NCBI GenBank assembly: GCA_965287045.1
Contig: OZ336875.1
Coordinates: forward strand, 54,250,001 to 54,314,000
From: Carcharhinus amblyrhynchos
Lineage: Eukaryota
DNA length: 64,000 bases
Direction: 5' to 3'
Shown piece by piece: positions 23,741-36,220 of this stretch. The position numbers and the translations under genes are program-made. Below the pieces are notes generated by a model. The model saw only the letters and a program-made list of their open reading frames with translations, was not told the DNA's origin and did not search any database. Numbering within the stretch: the first letter of the stretch is position 1; the number at the start of each line of letters is the position of its first letter.

Positions 23741-24499
23741 ATCGAGTGCAGGTCAGAAGGATGCTGGAGGGACAGCGGCAATCGAGGTAGGTTGGGGGTG
23801 TTCTCTGCCGAGGTGGGGTGCCTGCTTCCCAGGCAGGAGGGAGGGGGGAAGGTAGGTCTGATTGCGGGGGGCAGTGTCTGACAGTGGGGAGGGGGGTGTC
23901 TGCTGCGGGGGGCGAGGGGGGTGGATCACAGGTATGGGCTGCCTCCAGGGCTCGGGGGGGGGGAGGCATGCAAGTATATGGGCGTGCTGGAACGGGATTC
24001 TAGGCTCGGATCCGTTTTATGTCCGGATCCGGCCCTTAGCCTCCAACTGGTAAAATCTGGCCCCTTGTGTGTCAATATCCTACATTCCCCTGGATTGAAT
24101 GTATACAGACAGTTATTACATTATAAATCCTGGAAATTATGTGGCATTGTCTCTGCCATCCTGTAAGTGATGGTGTGCACCATTATGCCAATGTACTCAC
24201 GGCTTTATCGCATAATCCAGCTTTCCCCCAATCTCTGAAACAACCTTTCATTGTTTGTATATTTGGAGACACCATTTGTAGTGGTTAATGAATAATCTGG
24301 ACTAATTGCATGCTCTCTTGTCTCTTTCTGTATGTATATGTGGAAAAATTACTTTGTTGTACTGTACCAATCTTTGAGGGTTTGTTACGTTGTTTGTAAC
24401 ATAAAAATATATTTAAAAAACTGGGATCATTTCCTATTGAATGAAGGTCACCTTTTAACTGCCTTCCCCAGCATCCTCCTGCCTCCGTTTCCAACTTCG

Positions 24500-24850
24500 G
24501 TCTTCTTACAGCAAGTAATTAAAAAGGCAAATGGAATTTGGCCTTTGTTGCAAGGAAATGGAATATAATAAACTGTACGAAGCTCACTCCTGGAGTAGTG
24601 TGTATGGTTTTGGTCTCCTTATGTCAGGAGGTATTGTAGAAGGTTAGAGAAGGTTCACTCGGCTGATTCCTGGAATGAAGGGATTGTCTTATGAGGAAAG
24701 GTTGGGCATGCACTGTACTAATTAGAGTTTATGAGCTGTAACCTAATTTGAACATATATAAATCTGAGTGGGCTTGATAGGGTAGTTGCTGAGAGGATGC
24801 TTCTCCTCATGAGGGAACCTAGAACTAGGGGCACAGATTAAAGATAAGGC
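24500..24850 (+). mobile_element. Degenerate CR1 ORF2 C-terminal fragment
   Basis: QQVIKKANGI..LL; ctggagtagtgtgtatggttttggtctcc; agaactaggggcacag. Confidence 0.85.
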
Positions 24851-24859
24851 TCACTTCAT

Positions 24860-25505
24860 TCAGTTTAGTATCCTGTAGGTCCTGCTCACATTGTAGTATC
24901 CACTACACTGGGGAAACCTAATGTAGATTGGGTGACTGCTTTGTGGAGCACCTCCCTTCATTCCACAAGCAAGGCCCTAAACTTCTGAACACTGAGCCAT
25001 TCCCATCTGATGTCTCTGTTTTTGGTCTCCTCCTGATGAGCTCCATCAGCGCTCACTGTAAGTTCTAGGTCCAGCACATCATCTTTCACTTAAACATTTT
25101 TACATGACCTTCTGCATTCAGAGCTGAGATCAAATGTTTCAGATTATAACATCTACCTCCATTTCTTTAGATAGCAACTTTTGACAATAAATCTGATATT
25201 TTCTATTTATATGTCCTGGAGGCCCAACTTTTGTTTTGATATTTTTCCAAGTACAATCTCCTTTTGTTTTGTCCCAGCATTCCTTTTATCATTTAATCTT
25301 TCTGTCTTCTACCCTATTTCGGACTTTCTCTTTTGTTCATAGACTCTGCACTTGTTTAAAACCTGTTGCAACAAAGGATCATCAATTCAAAATATTGCCT
25401 TGGTTTCTCTTTTCACTGAGGCTGCCTGAGCTGCTGGGCATTACCATAATCCTGTCCTTACAATTCATATTCCCAGCAACTGCAGTGCTTTATTATTTGC
25501 ATCTT
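24860..25505 (+). mobile_element. Degenerate Penelope-like element (family 2), GIY-YIG remnant + 3' end
   Basis: CSHCSIHYTGET*CRLGDCFVEHL resembles the GIY-YIG motif YIGET.RRL.DRF.EH; tail gctgcctgagctgctgggcatt...ttcccagcaactgcagtgc. Confidence 0.7.
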
Positions 25506-26274
25506 TTGAAATGGTGCTGGGACTTGGTATGTCCCTTTGTCGTGTCTCGTAGATGAGTGGCTTTCTCTGAGCTTCTCTCTCAGATTGGCCATCTGCAGAT
25601 ATATTCTAATGTCTATGGGGATTGGTTTCATTCAGACACCTCCAAGAATGGGAGTCCAAACTACTTTATATTCTTACAGTCACAGAAGGGGACTTTAGTT
25701 GATATATTTCCCACAGGTCCTTCCTGTGTAGGATGCTGGAATTTTGCCAAAAGGAAGTTTTCATTAGCAATGAAACCTGCAGGTTACAATTGCTCCATGA
25801 TTCTTGAAAGCAACCCCTGTAAGCATGTGGCTGGATTACAATGATCATAGGGCTGGTAGTGGCCTTGTTGATATCTTGGATTGGGTCCCAAAATAACCGC
25901 ATTTGCAAACATAACTCCATTCACACTACTGTTTTCTTTCTCTCTGTGTCTATTAATATTTCCTAACATTGAGGATGAAAACATCTCTACCAAATCCACA
26001 CTCAATTCACTTTTGTGCTCAGTATTAACAGGGTACAACATGTTCACTGACATTGATTGGGCTCATCAATATAGAACTTGGGTCTGACAACTTGGTGACA
26101 GATTGTTCCCATAGCAATGCACAGAGCCAACTCACTTACAGACCTTTCTGTCAATGATTAGCTGGCAGGTCACACATGTAAAGTGGTTAATATATGAAGT
26201 GTGACACTCACACAACACAGAAAACTGGGCCATGTTAAGAGAGGCATAAATTGATGACAATTTCACCGCCAATC

Positions 26275-26582
26275 TTAGAATCATCGAAGCCCTACAGTGC
26301 AGAAGGAAGGCACTCAGCGCATTGGGTCTGCGCTGAAAACAATCACACCTAGGCCTTATCCTCACTGCCCCATTTACCCACTAATCCCTCTAACCTACAC
26401 ATCCCAGGACACAAAGGGGCAATTTTGCATTGCCAATCAACCTAACCTGCACATCTTTGGGCTATGGGAGGAAACCGGAGCACCCGGAGGGCAGAATCTA
26501 CAAACTTCACACAGACAGTGACCCAGCCGGGAATCAAACCCAGGTCCTTGGAGCTGTGAGGCAGCAATGCCACTGGACTGCC
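26275..26582 (-). mobile_element. V-SINE/HE1-like SINE
   Basis: ccaatcaacctaacctgcacatctttgg...ggaggaaaccggagcacccggagg...gctgtgaggcagc. Confidence 0.9.
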
Positions 26583-27977
26583 CAATCGGTACTCAGTTTT
26601 AAGTCTTAAAACACTACTCATTAGAATGTTAATCGTTTACTTTAAATAGTAATCTTGGTAACCAAACACTTAATTGACAGAGCACTGAAATAATCTAGGC
26701 AGATGCAATTGATCAATTTGATACTGGCATGTTGGTGATTACCTTGCCAATGAGTTCCCATGCAAGAGAGTTACCATGTTAATATCACTTACCCCAACTT
26801 CTACGTGATCAGATCCCTTATCATCCTGCTTGTGAAGAACCTCAAAGTAGTATCTTCTTGCAGAAATAACACTGTGGAGAAAGGAAGAGCACCGATGACT
26901 TTTTTTTTAAAGTATGAGTCAGACCCTTTGCTACTGTGTTGGGTCGCTCAAGTCCAGAAATGTCCTGACTGGGCAGCCCAACTCGGTTTAAAGGATCCTG
27001 TCAGAACTAATTTTTGCTGCGAGGAGGCGGGGCCAGATAGCGTCAGGCACACTGACCCTGGAAGCAGATCATAGAAGTGGGCAAATGCCAAGGCTGGCTG
27101 GTTAGATAGCCTTCTTCGGTTCTCAGGGATCTGTCACAATTTGTTTTAGAAATTATTATGCCCTCTAGCCCTCACACCCCTCATGCACCCTTGTTCCCCA
27201 TGGCATCACCTGATGATGACTTCATAATCACTGTTAGTAGACACAATGGGCAGATCTCAGGAGTCACATGGAGATGAAAAAATAAACTTCTAACTCCCTC
27301 ATTCATCTCTCAATCACACACATACTTGATTGTGAAAATAACTCCCATTCATGAACCCCATTAAAAATTTTAAAATCTCACGTGGTTAATCTCTTATAAA
27401 AACAAACCTCCATTTTTACCCCACATGAAAGACAGTTAACCCATTAATCCCTCTTTAAACAGTCAATGAAACTGTTAACCTAGAAGCCCTGAAAATTGCA
27501 TACTTTGAAACTTAGCCAAATACTCATAATGACATAAACATTGCCCTTTTGAAATGACAACAAAAGCCAATATTAAAACTTCTCAACCAGCAGATAACTT
27601 TTTTTTTAACCAACAAAAGATGGCCTATCCATCAAAACAGTCCAGCAGACAGTGTTTTTTAAATTCTCATTGACAGTTTCAGCATGTTCTTTTCATGCTT
27701 AAAGAACAGTGGATTTTTTAAAAACTTCAAATCATGAGACTTAAACAGTATCATGCCCTTCAAGAACATTTACATCTGCTTTAGCAATTTGTGAGTCCCA
27801 CACTGTGGTTTATGGCACTTGGCAATTGCACTCAGGATAAATTCAGAACCTAGTTCAAATTGCCACTCGGGTGAGCTCAGGATTGTGCTTGATTTGACTC
27901 CTTTCTCAGTGGAGCAACCTGTCCAGAATCATACATGAAAATAATTGCCATTTCTTTGAGATATCACCTTTGGAACT

Positions 27978-28292
27978 GTGGTGGCACAGTGGTTAGCACT
28001 GCTGCCTCACAATGCCAGGGACCTAGGTTCAATTCTGGCTTCGGGTCACTGTCTGTATGGAGTTTGCATATTCTTCCCATGTCTGGGGGGGGATTCCTTT
28101 GGGTGCTCCAGTTTCCTCCCACTGTCCAAGAATGTGCAGGTTAGGTTGATTGGCCATGCTGAATTGGCCCTCGTGTTCGGGGGATTAGCAGGGTCACAGG
28201 GTAAATGAGGGTAACAGGAATAGTGTCTGAGGGGATTGCAGTCAGTAGAACTCTATGGGCCGAATGGCCTCTTCTGTACTGTAGGGATTCTA
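27978..28292 (+). mobile_element. V-SINE/HE1-like SINE
   Basis: gtggcacagtggttagcactgctgcctcaca head to gggccgaatggcctcttctgtactgtagggattct tail. Confidence 0.9.
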
Positions 28293-28347
28293 ATCTGTGA
28301 GTACCCCAATAGGAGCTCTTACCTTTACTGAGAAGGTAATAAAATCA

Positions 28348-28670
28348 GTGGGGTGACACAGTGATTGGCACTGGTGCCTCACAGCACCAGAGATCCGGAT
28401 TCAATTCTTGTCCTGGGTGACTGTCTGTATGGAGTTTGCATGTTCTCCCGTGTCTGTGTGGGTTTCCTCCGAGTGCTCTGGTTTCCTCCCACAGCCTAAA
28501 GATGTGCAGGTTAGGTTGATTAGCCATGTCCAAAAATGTGCAGGATTGGGGTTTTAGCAAGTTAAGTACATGGGGTTACAGGGATGGGGGTCTAACTTGG
28601 ATGTTCTGTCAAAGAGTTGGTGCAAATGGGCTGAATGGCCCCGTTCTGAACTAGTGACTCTATGATTCTA
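28348..28670 (+). mobile_element. V-SINE/HE1-like SINE
   Basis: Same head, core and tail as the preceding copy. Confidence 0.9.
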
Positions 28671-29869
28671 GAGTGGTAGAGGATTGGGTGGTGAAAAGAG
28701 AGGATTTAAGAAATCAAAAAATTCCATAGTTTTTGAATCAGATTTAACAAAACATCACCCAGTTACCCCCAGAACAATATATGACCTAACTGTAGTTGGG
28801 TGGCAACTTTGAACATTTTATCTGGGTAATCTTAGGGATTGCACTGGGAAAATAACTTGAAATTTGAAAGCCATTGGGAATGTCATGTGAATATAACCAT
28901 AACCTTTAAGAGCATGACATTTGAAACAAAATCGATTACAATTTGTATAACTGCAACACACGGCTGCACTGAAGAGTCTGTTGAGCTCTGATAGTATTGG
29001 GCTGGAGCTGCCAGCCAATCCATACTATTGCAAAGGCCAACCAGCATCAGGCTTTTAAACAAAAAGCCACTTTCAAAGCAGCAGTTTCTCGAAGACTATC
29101 AACACCAAAGCTGGTTACTGATTGAAGTTTGAAGCTTATGGTCAATAAATCTGTTCCTATTAGACATCTTTCTGGCAAAGGGACAAGGCTGATTTCTGCT
29201 GTGCTCGCGCTCTCACTCAGCTCTATGTTAGTGCGTGTGCCAGCTTCAGATTAAAATTGCTTATTATGTGCATCACTGCAATTGAATTTGAGCTATAGTA
29301 CTGAAAACCATTTGACTGGGAACATCTCAAATTCCCTGGACACAGTTCTTTAACTCTGGACTTAATTGTGTTTGATGGCGAGAGAAATTAAAATGTAATA
29401 AACAGATGTAGCTTAATCAATGCGTAATGCCTTTTAAACTAGCCTTTCCATTAGAATGAAGCAAAATGTAAACTAATAAAGCCATTAAAGCTATGCTGCA
29501 TATCTGTAGATGAACTGGTGGTGCGATGGGTTAACATTTGTCCCATTCTACTTCTACATTTTAGATTTGAATCAGGCCAGACTGATGGAATAAAAATATT
29601 TTTGACATCGGCTGTCATAAATGAAAAGGGCTTGAATGGTTGCAAAACATCAGCAGAACCAAAGCCAAAAATAACTACCTGCTGATCAACAATACAGTGA
29701 TGTCCTTACACCATCAGAGGCTAGAAGGCAAAGGCAGGCGTGCAAAGTTGGCAAAAAAGTGCTTGTTCCCTGAGGTTTGGGTTGAAGCAGTTCGCTAGAT
29801 CAAACAAAAGGGAGCTTCACTCTGTTCAATTCATAAAATACCTGACCTGGACTTGGAAATGATTTAAAT

Positions 29870-30255
29870 TGTTACATTATGAGGATAGTTTGTGTAAGCA
29901 TGGCTTATTTTCCCTTGAGCTCAGAAAATTGAGGCATGATTTGATTGGTAATTTTAAAATATTAGAAGGATTCAATGGGGAGATTCAGAGAAATTGGCTG
30001 AAATTCTCCAGTCTTGCACTTCCTACTAATGCTGCCCGTGAGAATGGAGAATTTAGTGCCCAGCCAAATCTCCATCCACTGCAGCAGGACTAGAGACAGT
30101 GTTGGAGAATTCCAGCCACTATTTCCTCTGGTGAGGGAGTCAAGAACAAGGGAACAATCTTAAAATTAAAGCTCCGCGAAAATCAGATGGCACTTTTTCA
30201 AGCAAAAAGCAGTAGAAATATGGAACTCTCTCCCCCAAAACGGCTGTAAATACTG
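29870..30255 (+). mobile_element. Degenerate CR1 3' fragment containing a 122-bp MITE (29996-30117)
   Basis: YEDSLCKHGLFSLELRKLRHDLIGNFKIL; MITE TIRs ggctgaaattctcc / ggagaattccagcc with flanks att/act. Confidence 0.75.
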
Positions 30256-30264
30256 GAACATCAT

Positions 30265-30570
30265 ACGGTGACACGGTGGTTAGCACTGCTACCTCACAGC
30301 GCCAAGGACCCAGGTTCAATTCCTGGTTTGGGTCATGTCTGTGTGGGGTCTGCGCATTCTCCCTGTGTCTGCTTGCATTTCCTCCCAGTGTTCCGGTTCC
30401 CTCCCACAGTCTGAAAGATGTACTGGAAAGGTGGATTGGCCATGTTAAATTCTCCCTCAGCATATCCAAACAGGTGCCGATGTCTGGCGACTTGGGGATT
30501 TTCACAGCAACTTCATTGCAATGTTAATGCAAGCCTAGCTGTGACACTAATAAATTTAAAACTTAAACTA
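30265..30570 (+). mobile_element. V-SINE-like SINE with alternative 3' tail
   Basis: Standard head and core, then ggggattttcacagcaacttcattgcaatgttaatgcaagcct...gtgacactaataaa, same tail as 1085-1160. Confidence 0.85.
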
Positions 30571-31929
30571 ATTTGGAGCTACACAGGCTGAGATTGACAT
30601 AATTTTATTGGAAAATTGTTTGACATCAACATTCTCTTACTGTCCAAAAAGTATAATTGGATTCCTCATCATAACTGGCATAAAAATCTCACTAATCTCT
30701 CTCCTTAAAATTTATTGTATTGCGGTGCTCCCTTTAAAGACATTGTTTAAAATAACAGATGGTAACGTTCAGCAGGGTTCATTATATCTACAGCTTCTAA
30801 AACTGTGAAATAAAGGACACAGAGCGTTGAACATTTTCCTGTGATGCTGCTCATTGGGTATCCCAGGATTTAGAAGTGTTGTTTTCTGTATAGTAGAATC
30901 CCACAACATCTTAAACATGACAGTGACAGATTAATGGCTGTAATGCAGTAATATGCTGAGGTGATTTATTTTATCACTGACACAACGTAAAAATATTACA
31001 AAGGAAAAGGCCATACAGTTAACTTTTCCTGCCATTTTGAAACAGCTACTTCATGCATAAGTTGTTCTACCTGCTTTAAAATCACTTGGTCTCAAGTTAA
31101 TAATATTTGTCAGTTGCTCTAAATTTACACACAGATTTAGCTCAAATATCAGGGATTTTTTTAATGGTGGGAAGGCAATGGGACAGAATTTTTCATCTGC
31201 TGCTAAAAAGCTATTGTAATCCTCATCTACTTTTCTGGATTGGATTCATTTGTCACATGGCGTGAGCTTTCCCAATACCAAAAAGGAGTGCACTGTTGTC
31301 AGGAAGGGAAACCCTGGTATTAATCCAATGGGTACAGCTGCATGGCAGAAAAGCCCAAAATGTCATGTAAATTTCTTTTCACTGAAGGCCTCAGTTGAGG
31401 TGGAGTCCCCCAGCAGGAGGTGGATCTGATTGTAATGGAAAGAGAAGAGGTTGTTAGGCCTTCACCTTCCATCACGTGCCTCACTATTGCTAGTCCAGGA
31501 ACCACTTTTATGCCACACATGGTGATTGCAGAGGATGGGGCTGATCAGTGAGACGTGGAAACTTGGTTTCAGACTTTCAATTGTCCGCAGTGCCTGGATC
31601 AAGTGCGGGTGCATTTTAAATCTGACATTCCTCAAGGTCGTCTCAGGGTCTCAATGCTGCTGAGGTACATCATTATTTTCAAGTAGAGGGCTAAGTTTGT
31701 TTACCTACAATTAGCAGTCCATTAAGCTCCAAAGAAAGTTGTAAACCAGGCAGAGAGGGCGAGAAGGGATTTTCAAAGGTCAATTAGGCAAACCTAAAAA
31801 AGGCTGCTACATATAGCTGTCAGGTTCATTGTGGGCAGAAGTGAAAGCTTGTTATTAATAATTGAAGACTGACAGTTCTTGGGGCATCTGCATCAGATAG
31901 AGCAGATTATTGTCTGGTGGCTCTGACAT

Positions 31930-32275
31930 CCATCATTATAAGTGCTTTGAAAGGTTAGTCATGGCATAAATCAATTCCAGCCTCTTGGATTGCCTGGATC
32001 CACTATAGTTTGCCTACCGCCGCAACAGGTTCACAGCAGGTGCCATCTCCTTGGCCCTGCACTCAACCTGGAACACCTAGATAACAAAGACAACTATGTC
32101 AGACACCTATTAATTGACAATAGCTCAGCCTTCAAATCCATTATTCCTCCAAAACTCACCTTTAAACTCCATGGCCTGGTCCTGTATGAAAGGTATGCTT
32201 TGTATGATACACAAGAAGCAATACTTTTCACTATATACTAATAAATGTGATAATAATAAATCAAATCAAATCAAA
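31930..32275 (+). mobile_element. Rex1/Babar LINE fragment (internally deleted) with (aaatc)n tail
   Basis: KCFERLVMA, LDPL*FAYRRNR, LEHLDNKDNYVRHLLIDNSSAFKSIIP; tail aataaatcaaatcaaatcaaa. Confidence 0.85.
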
Positions 32276-32899
32276 ACATTACTTTTAAATTGACTGTATG
32301 GTAAGGCCACTTTTCCTTGCCTTAATGTTGCTGACCTTCTATTTGGCAAAGCATTGGCATGCCCTAACAGGGCTGATATCTGCTTTTGGGGCTGGTATCC
32401 TGCCAGCAGCTCCAGCATCTGGAGATGCCTGGCATCATAAATTGTATGCCAAGCTTGCATCTTGCTCCATTAGTGAATTTAGCATTTCAAAATAGTATCA
32501 CTTAAGCGAGAGCCAGACTTCAGCTGGGCTTCAAGTTCCAAGACCCTCGGTTTTGCCTGTCTCATCAGCACTTTTATCCTGTGGTCAGGCAAGCAACAAG
32601 CTGGCAGGGTTAGGAAAAGGCAAATTGAGAAAAAAGGTCAAAATCAGACAGTGGTAGAGTGTTCACTGACTGATTTTATTCTGTTTTCCACTTTTGTTCA
32701 ATATAAGGTAGGACACAAGAGAAAAAATGCAACCCAAGGACTTTATTTGCTTATTTATTTCCTTACTTTCCCAAAAATTTTCTTCTTTTCCTCAATTACT
32801 ACATGAACAAAAATATCTCCTTCTTACTACCCCAGTAAAGATGTAATGCACCAAAATTTATTTGTCTTTGTGTTAGCAGTAGTTGATGAAGCTGTCTTC

Positions 32900-33955
32900 A
32901 GTTGCATCTCTCTTCTAATTCCATCATCAACAAAACAATTGACCCCACCATCCTTGCAAACCAGCACCTCAGCTCCAAGCTCCTTTTCCTCTTCAAGCTC
33001 CTTTTCCTCGCCAAAGTTCTTTAATGCGTCATTGCCTTCCAAATCCACGTCCAAGTTTTCCAGAACTCCATGGGCTGGATTTTATGTCCCCTGGGGGAAG
33101 GAAGGGGAAGGGGGGTATAAAATTGGGCAACATGGCAACACTGCCAGGCCCCATAGATATTCAATATGCAATATGGGGGGTGTTGGGCAGTTAGCATGCC
33201 CAAGAGTCAATTAGGCCTTTAACTGGCCAAATACTGGGACAAGGGGCGTCCACACAAGTGTCCTGGCCAGGCTGGGCAACTGTTCAGCTATCCAATGCCA
33301 AGTGGAAGCCTCCCCCTACAGAATACCTCTGTATGTATTCCTTTCCCCTTGGGCTTCCATTCTATCAACCCAAGCCTCGAGAGCCCTTCATTGAGGCCTG
33401 TCAGCCTGGCTTTGGCTAGATCCTGCTGACAGTTTGCCCTCCATCAGCATCTCCACTCGTCCTGGTGGCACTTCTGGGCCAAGACAGCTGCCACTTGGTT
33501 AGCTAGCAGCTCTTAGAGGTGGAGTGTCTCTCTGTTGGGGCTAGATGCCCCTTTGCAAGCCAGTTGAAGGCCTAACAAATGTTATTGCAGGGTGAGTTGC
33601 CAAGTAACTTTTGCAAGGGGCAGCAACACCACCCTCATACAAAACTCAGCCCCATGTTTGAATCCAACTATCAGCTTTCCATCCTTGCCAAGTGTTACCA
33701 TAACAGGTCTTATCAAAGTCACAAATGAAATCCTATGCAATTGTGACAAAAGTAAACTATCCCTCTTCATGATTCTTGGCGTATCAACTTTGACACAATT
33801 GACCACACCATCCTCCGCCAATGTCTCTCCACTGTCGTTAGCCATGTGGGAATACGCTTAGCTCATTCTATTCTTGTCCCTGTAATCGTAGCCAGCAAGC
33901 ACTTGCAATGGTTTCCCTTCCTGTATCTCTGATTTTCCCCTAAAGATCTATCCTT
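32900..33955 (+). mobile_element. Degenerate L2 LINE RT fragment interrupted by a MITE
   Basis: LIKVTNEILCNCDKSKLSL...FDTIDHTIL resembles L2 RT motif L.KVTND.....LDLSAAFDTVDH. Confidence 0.7.
33072..33652. mobile_element. Harbinger-type MITE with 3-bp TSD CAT
   Basis: TIRs gggctggatttt / aaaactcagccc; CAT at 33069-33071 and 33653-33655; excision restores gaactccatgtttgaatcc. Confidence 0.75.
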
Positions 33956-34815
33956 TTGATTTGATTTATTATTGTCATATGTATTGGGATACAGAGAAAA
34001 GTATTGTTCCTTGCGCACTATCCAGACAAAGCATACCGTACACAGAGAAGGAAAGGAGTGAGTGCAGAAAGTAATGTTACAGTCATAGCTAGGGTATTGA
34101 GAAAGATCAACTTAATATAAAGAAGGTCCACTCAAAAGTCTGATAGCAGCAGAGAAGAAGCTGCTCTTGAGTCGTTTGATACGTGTCCTCAGACTTTTGT
34201 ATCTTTTCCTGACAGAACGTGGTGGAAGGGAGAATATCTTGGATGCATGGGGTCCTTGATTATTTTGGCTGCTTTTCTGAGGCAGTGTCAATGGATGGGA
34301 GGCTGGGCTTCGTTCATGACCCTTTGTAGTAACTTGCAGTCTTGGACAGAACAGGAGCCATATCAAGCTGTGATACAACCAGAAAGAATGCTTTCTATGG
34401 TGCATTTGCTGAGAGTCGTAGTGGACATGCCAAATTTCCTTAGCCTCCTGAGAAAGTAGAGGCATTGGTGGGCTTTCTTAACTATAGCGTCAGCATGGGG
34501 GGAAATAGAACAGGTTGTTGGTGATCTGGATACCTAGAAATTTGATGCTTTCAACTATTTCCACTTCGTCCCCATTGATGTAGACAGGAGCACGTCCTCC
34601 ACTATGTTTCCTTAAGTCAATGGCTGTTTCCTTCCTTTTGTTGATATTGAGAGAGAGATTATTGTTTCCACAACAGTTCACTAGTTTCTCTATCTCTTTC
34701 CTGCACTCTGTTCATCACTGTTTGAGATCTACCCACTACGATGATGTCAACAGCAAACTTGAAAATCGCACTGGAGGGGACTTTGTCCGCAAGTCATAGG
34801 TGTATAAGGAGTATA
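33955..34815 (-). mobile_element. Rex1/Babar LINE 3' part
   Basis: NNNLSLNINKRKETAIDLRK...VYINGDEVEIVESIKFLGIQI; RLKSSFFSAAIRLL; (gattt)n tail. Confidence 0.9.
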
Positions 34816-35589
34816 CACTAAGGGGCCTTAAATGGAATCATACCATGTTAAATTCCTTGCAAAAAGATTAAGTTTTGAGGTGGTGAGGCAAATAGGACTA
34901 GCAAGTTCAAGTAAAAACAAAAATTATATTCATTAAAAATGCAACTGAAAGGTTTAAGTCCCTGTTCATGAATAATAATATTAACAAGAACTTCTCAATG
35001 CAAATTTTGCTTGATGCTGCTCTGAGTCAAAATCACTATCTGTCTGCAAGTTCAAGGCTATACCAGCCAGCTGTAAATTGTGGAATTATTTCATATGATT
35101 CAGCAACTGACAGAGACACACAATGGTAAATTAGCATAAAATTAACACTGAATAGAACAGGATCCCTTAATAGCTGAACAATTATCAAACAGGGCAACAA
35201 GACATAATTTAGGCCTTAAACTCCTTTAAAACATGTCCCATCGTTCATGGAGGAGAACATTGAAAGGGCAAGGAGATTTATGGTTCTCGACATCTGTATT
35301 AAACTGTTGCACCATGTTATACTAAACGATGGTCTGGGAATAAAGGTTGGAAAACTGGGCTCTCAGAGTCATGTCCTAAACTGATTCAGGATCATTTCCC
35401 TGCAGTTCACTCCACATTTTGCGCTCTCCTTAATCTTTCAACTCTTCAAAAAATTATTCCCTTCTCTAAATAGTTTGACTTTAAAAATTGCAGAAGCAGC
35501 AGGTGACAACACTTAACTCCAGTCTGGGCTGTAATACAAGGGCAGATTCCAATCCAGGGATGAAACAATCCAGGGATAAAACTCTAAAA

Positions 35590-36220
35590 TACCAAAGAAA
35601 TATTGCGGATGCTGGAAATCTGAAATTAAAACAGAAAATGCTAGAAAACTGGGGGCAGAACCTGAAGCCCAGAGTGTGGGCTGTAGAAGCACGGGAGACC
35701 AGAAACCTGAGAGAGACAGAAAGAGAGAGAGAAACAGGAGAGCAGAGAAGCAGCAAGAAGCAGGAGCTGAAATCCAACTCTGTTGAGTCACAGCATCAAG
35801 GACGTCAATAGGGCAGCCCAAAGCCTCCGATGGTGGCAGTGGAGCAGGTGAACAGGTGTGGAACAACTAGGCTTAGCGCCTGGATACCATAAATAGAACA
35901 AAAATAGTGATGTTAGAAATCTGAAATAAAAATAGAAAATGCTGGATAGACCATAAGAAATTAGAGCAGAAGTAGGCCATTTGGCCTATCGAGTCTGCTC
36001 CACCATAAAGTGAGATCATGACTGATCTGATGTGATAATCCTCAACAATACTCTCCTGACACTTCATCCCCATATCCCTTGATTCCCTTACTGATTATAT
36101 ATTTGTACAAGATAAACATGGTAGGTCTGGCAGCATTTGTGTCATATGAGCTCAAAATGTTTTCTCGCTCTACAGATGTTGCCAGATCTGCTGAATTTAT
36201 CCAACATTTTCTGTTTTTAT
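35590..36220. mobile_element. Cluster of Penelope family-2 3' termini with an inserted CR1 3' tail (35950-36095, minus)
   Basis: gatgctggaaatctgaaa..aaaacagaaaatgct repeated at 35608 and 35909, inverted at 36170-36220; agtaggccatttggcctatcgagtctgctccaccat is a CR1 tail. Confidence 0.65.

Larger units (their letters stand above)
22672..24064. mobile_element. GC-rich MITE/non-autonomous DNA transposon (Harbinger-like TIR GGGCC.GATTTTACCA)
   Basis: Ends ggacccaattttgcca / tggtaaaatctggccc; subterminal homology (opposite orientation) to 39667-40822 including the atttaaatgcat..catttaaat palindrome. Confidence 0.75.

Noticed and set aside
23173-23790. 205-aa and 140-aa ORFs with repeated SKKSHNTRLKS
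   Set aside because: Translation artefacts of the GC-rich palindromic repeat.
27978-28040. tRNA gene
   Set aside because: tRNA-like A/B boxes are SINE heads continuing into SINE core.
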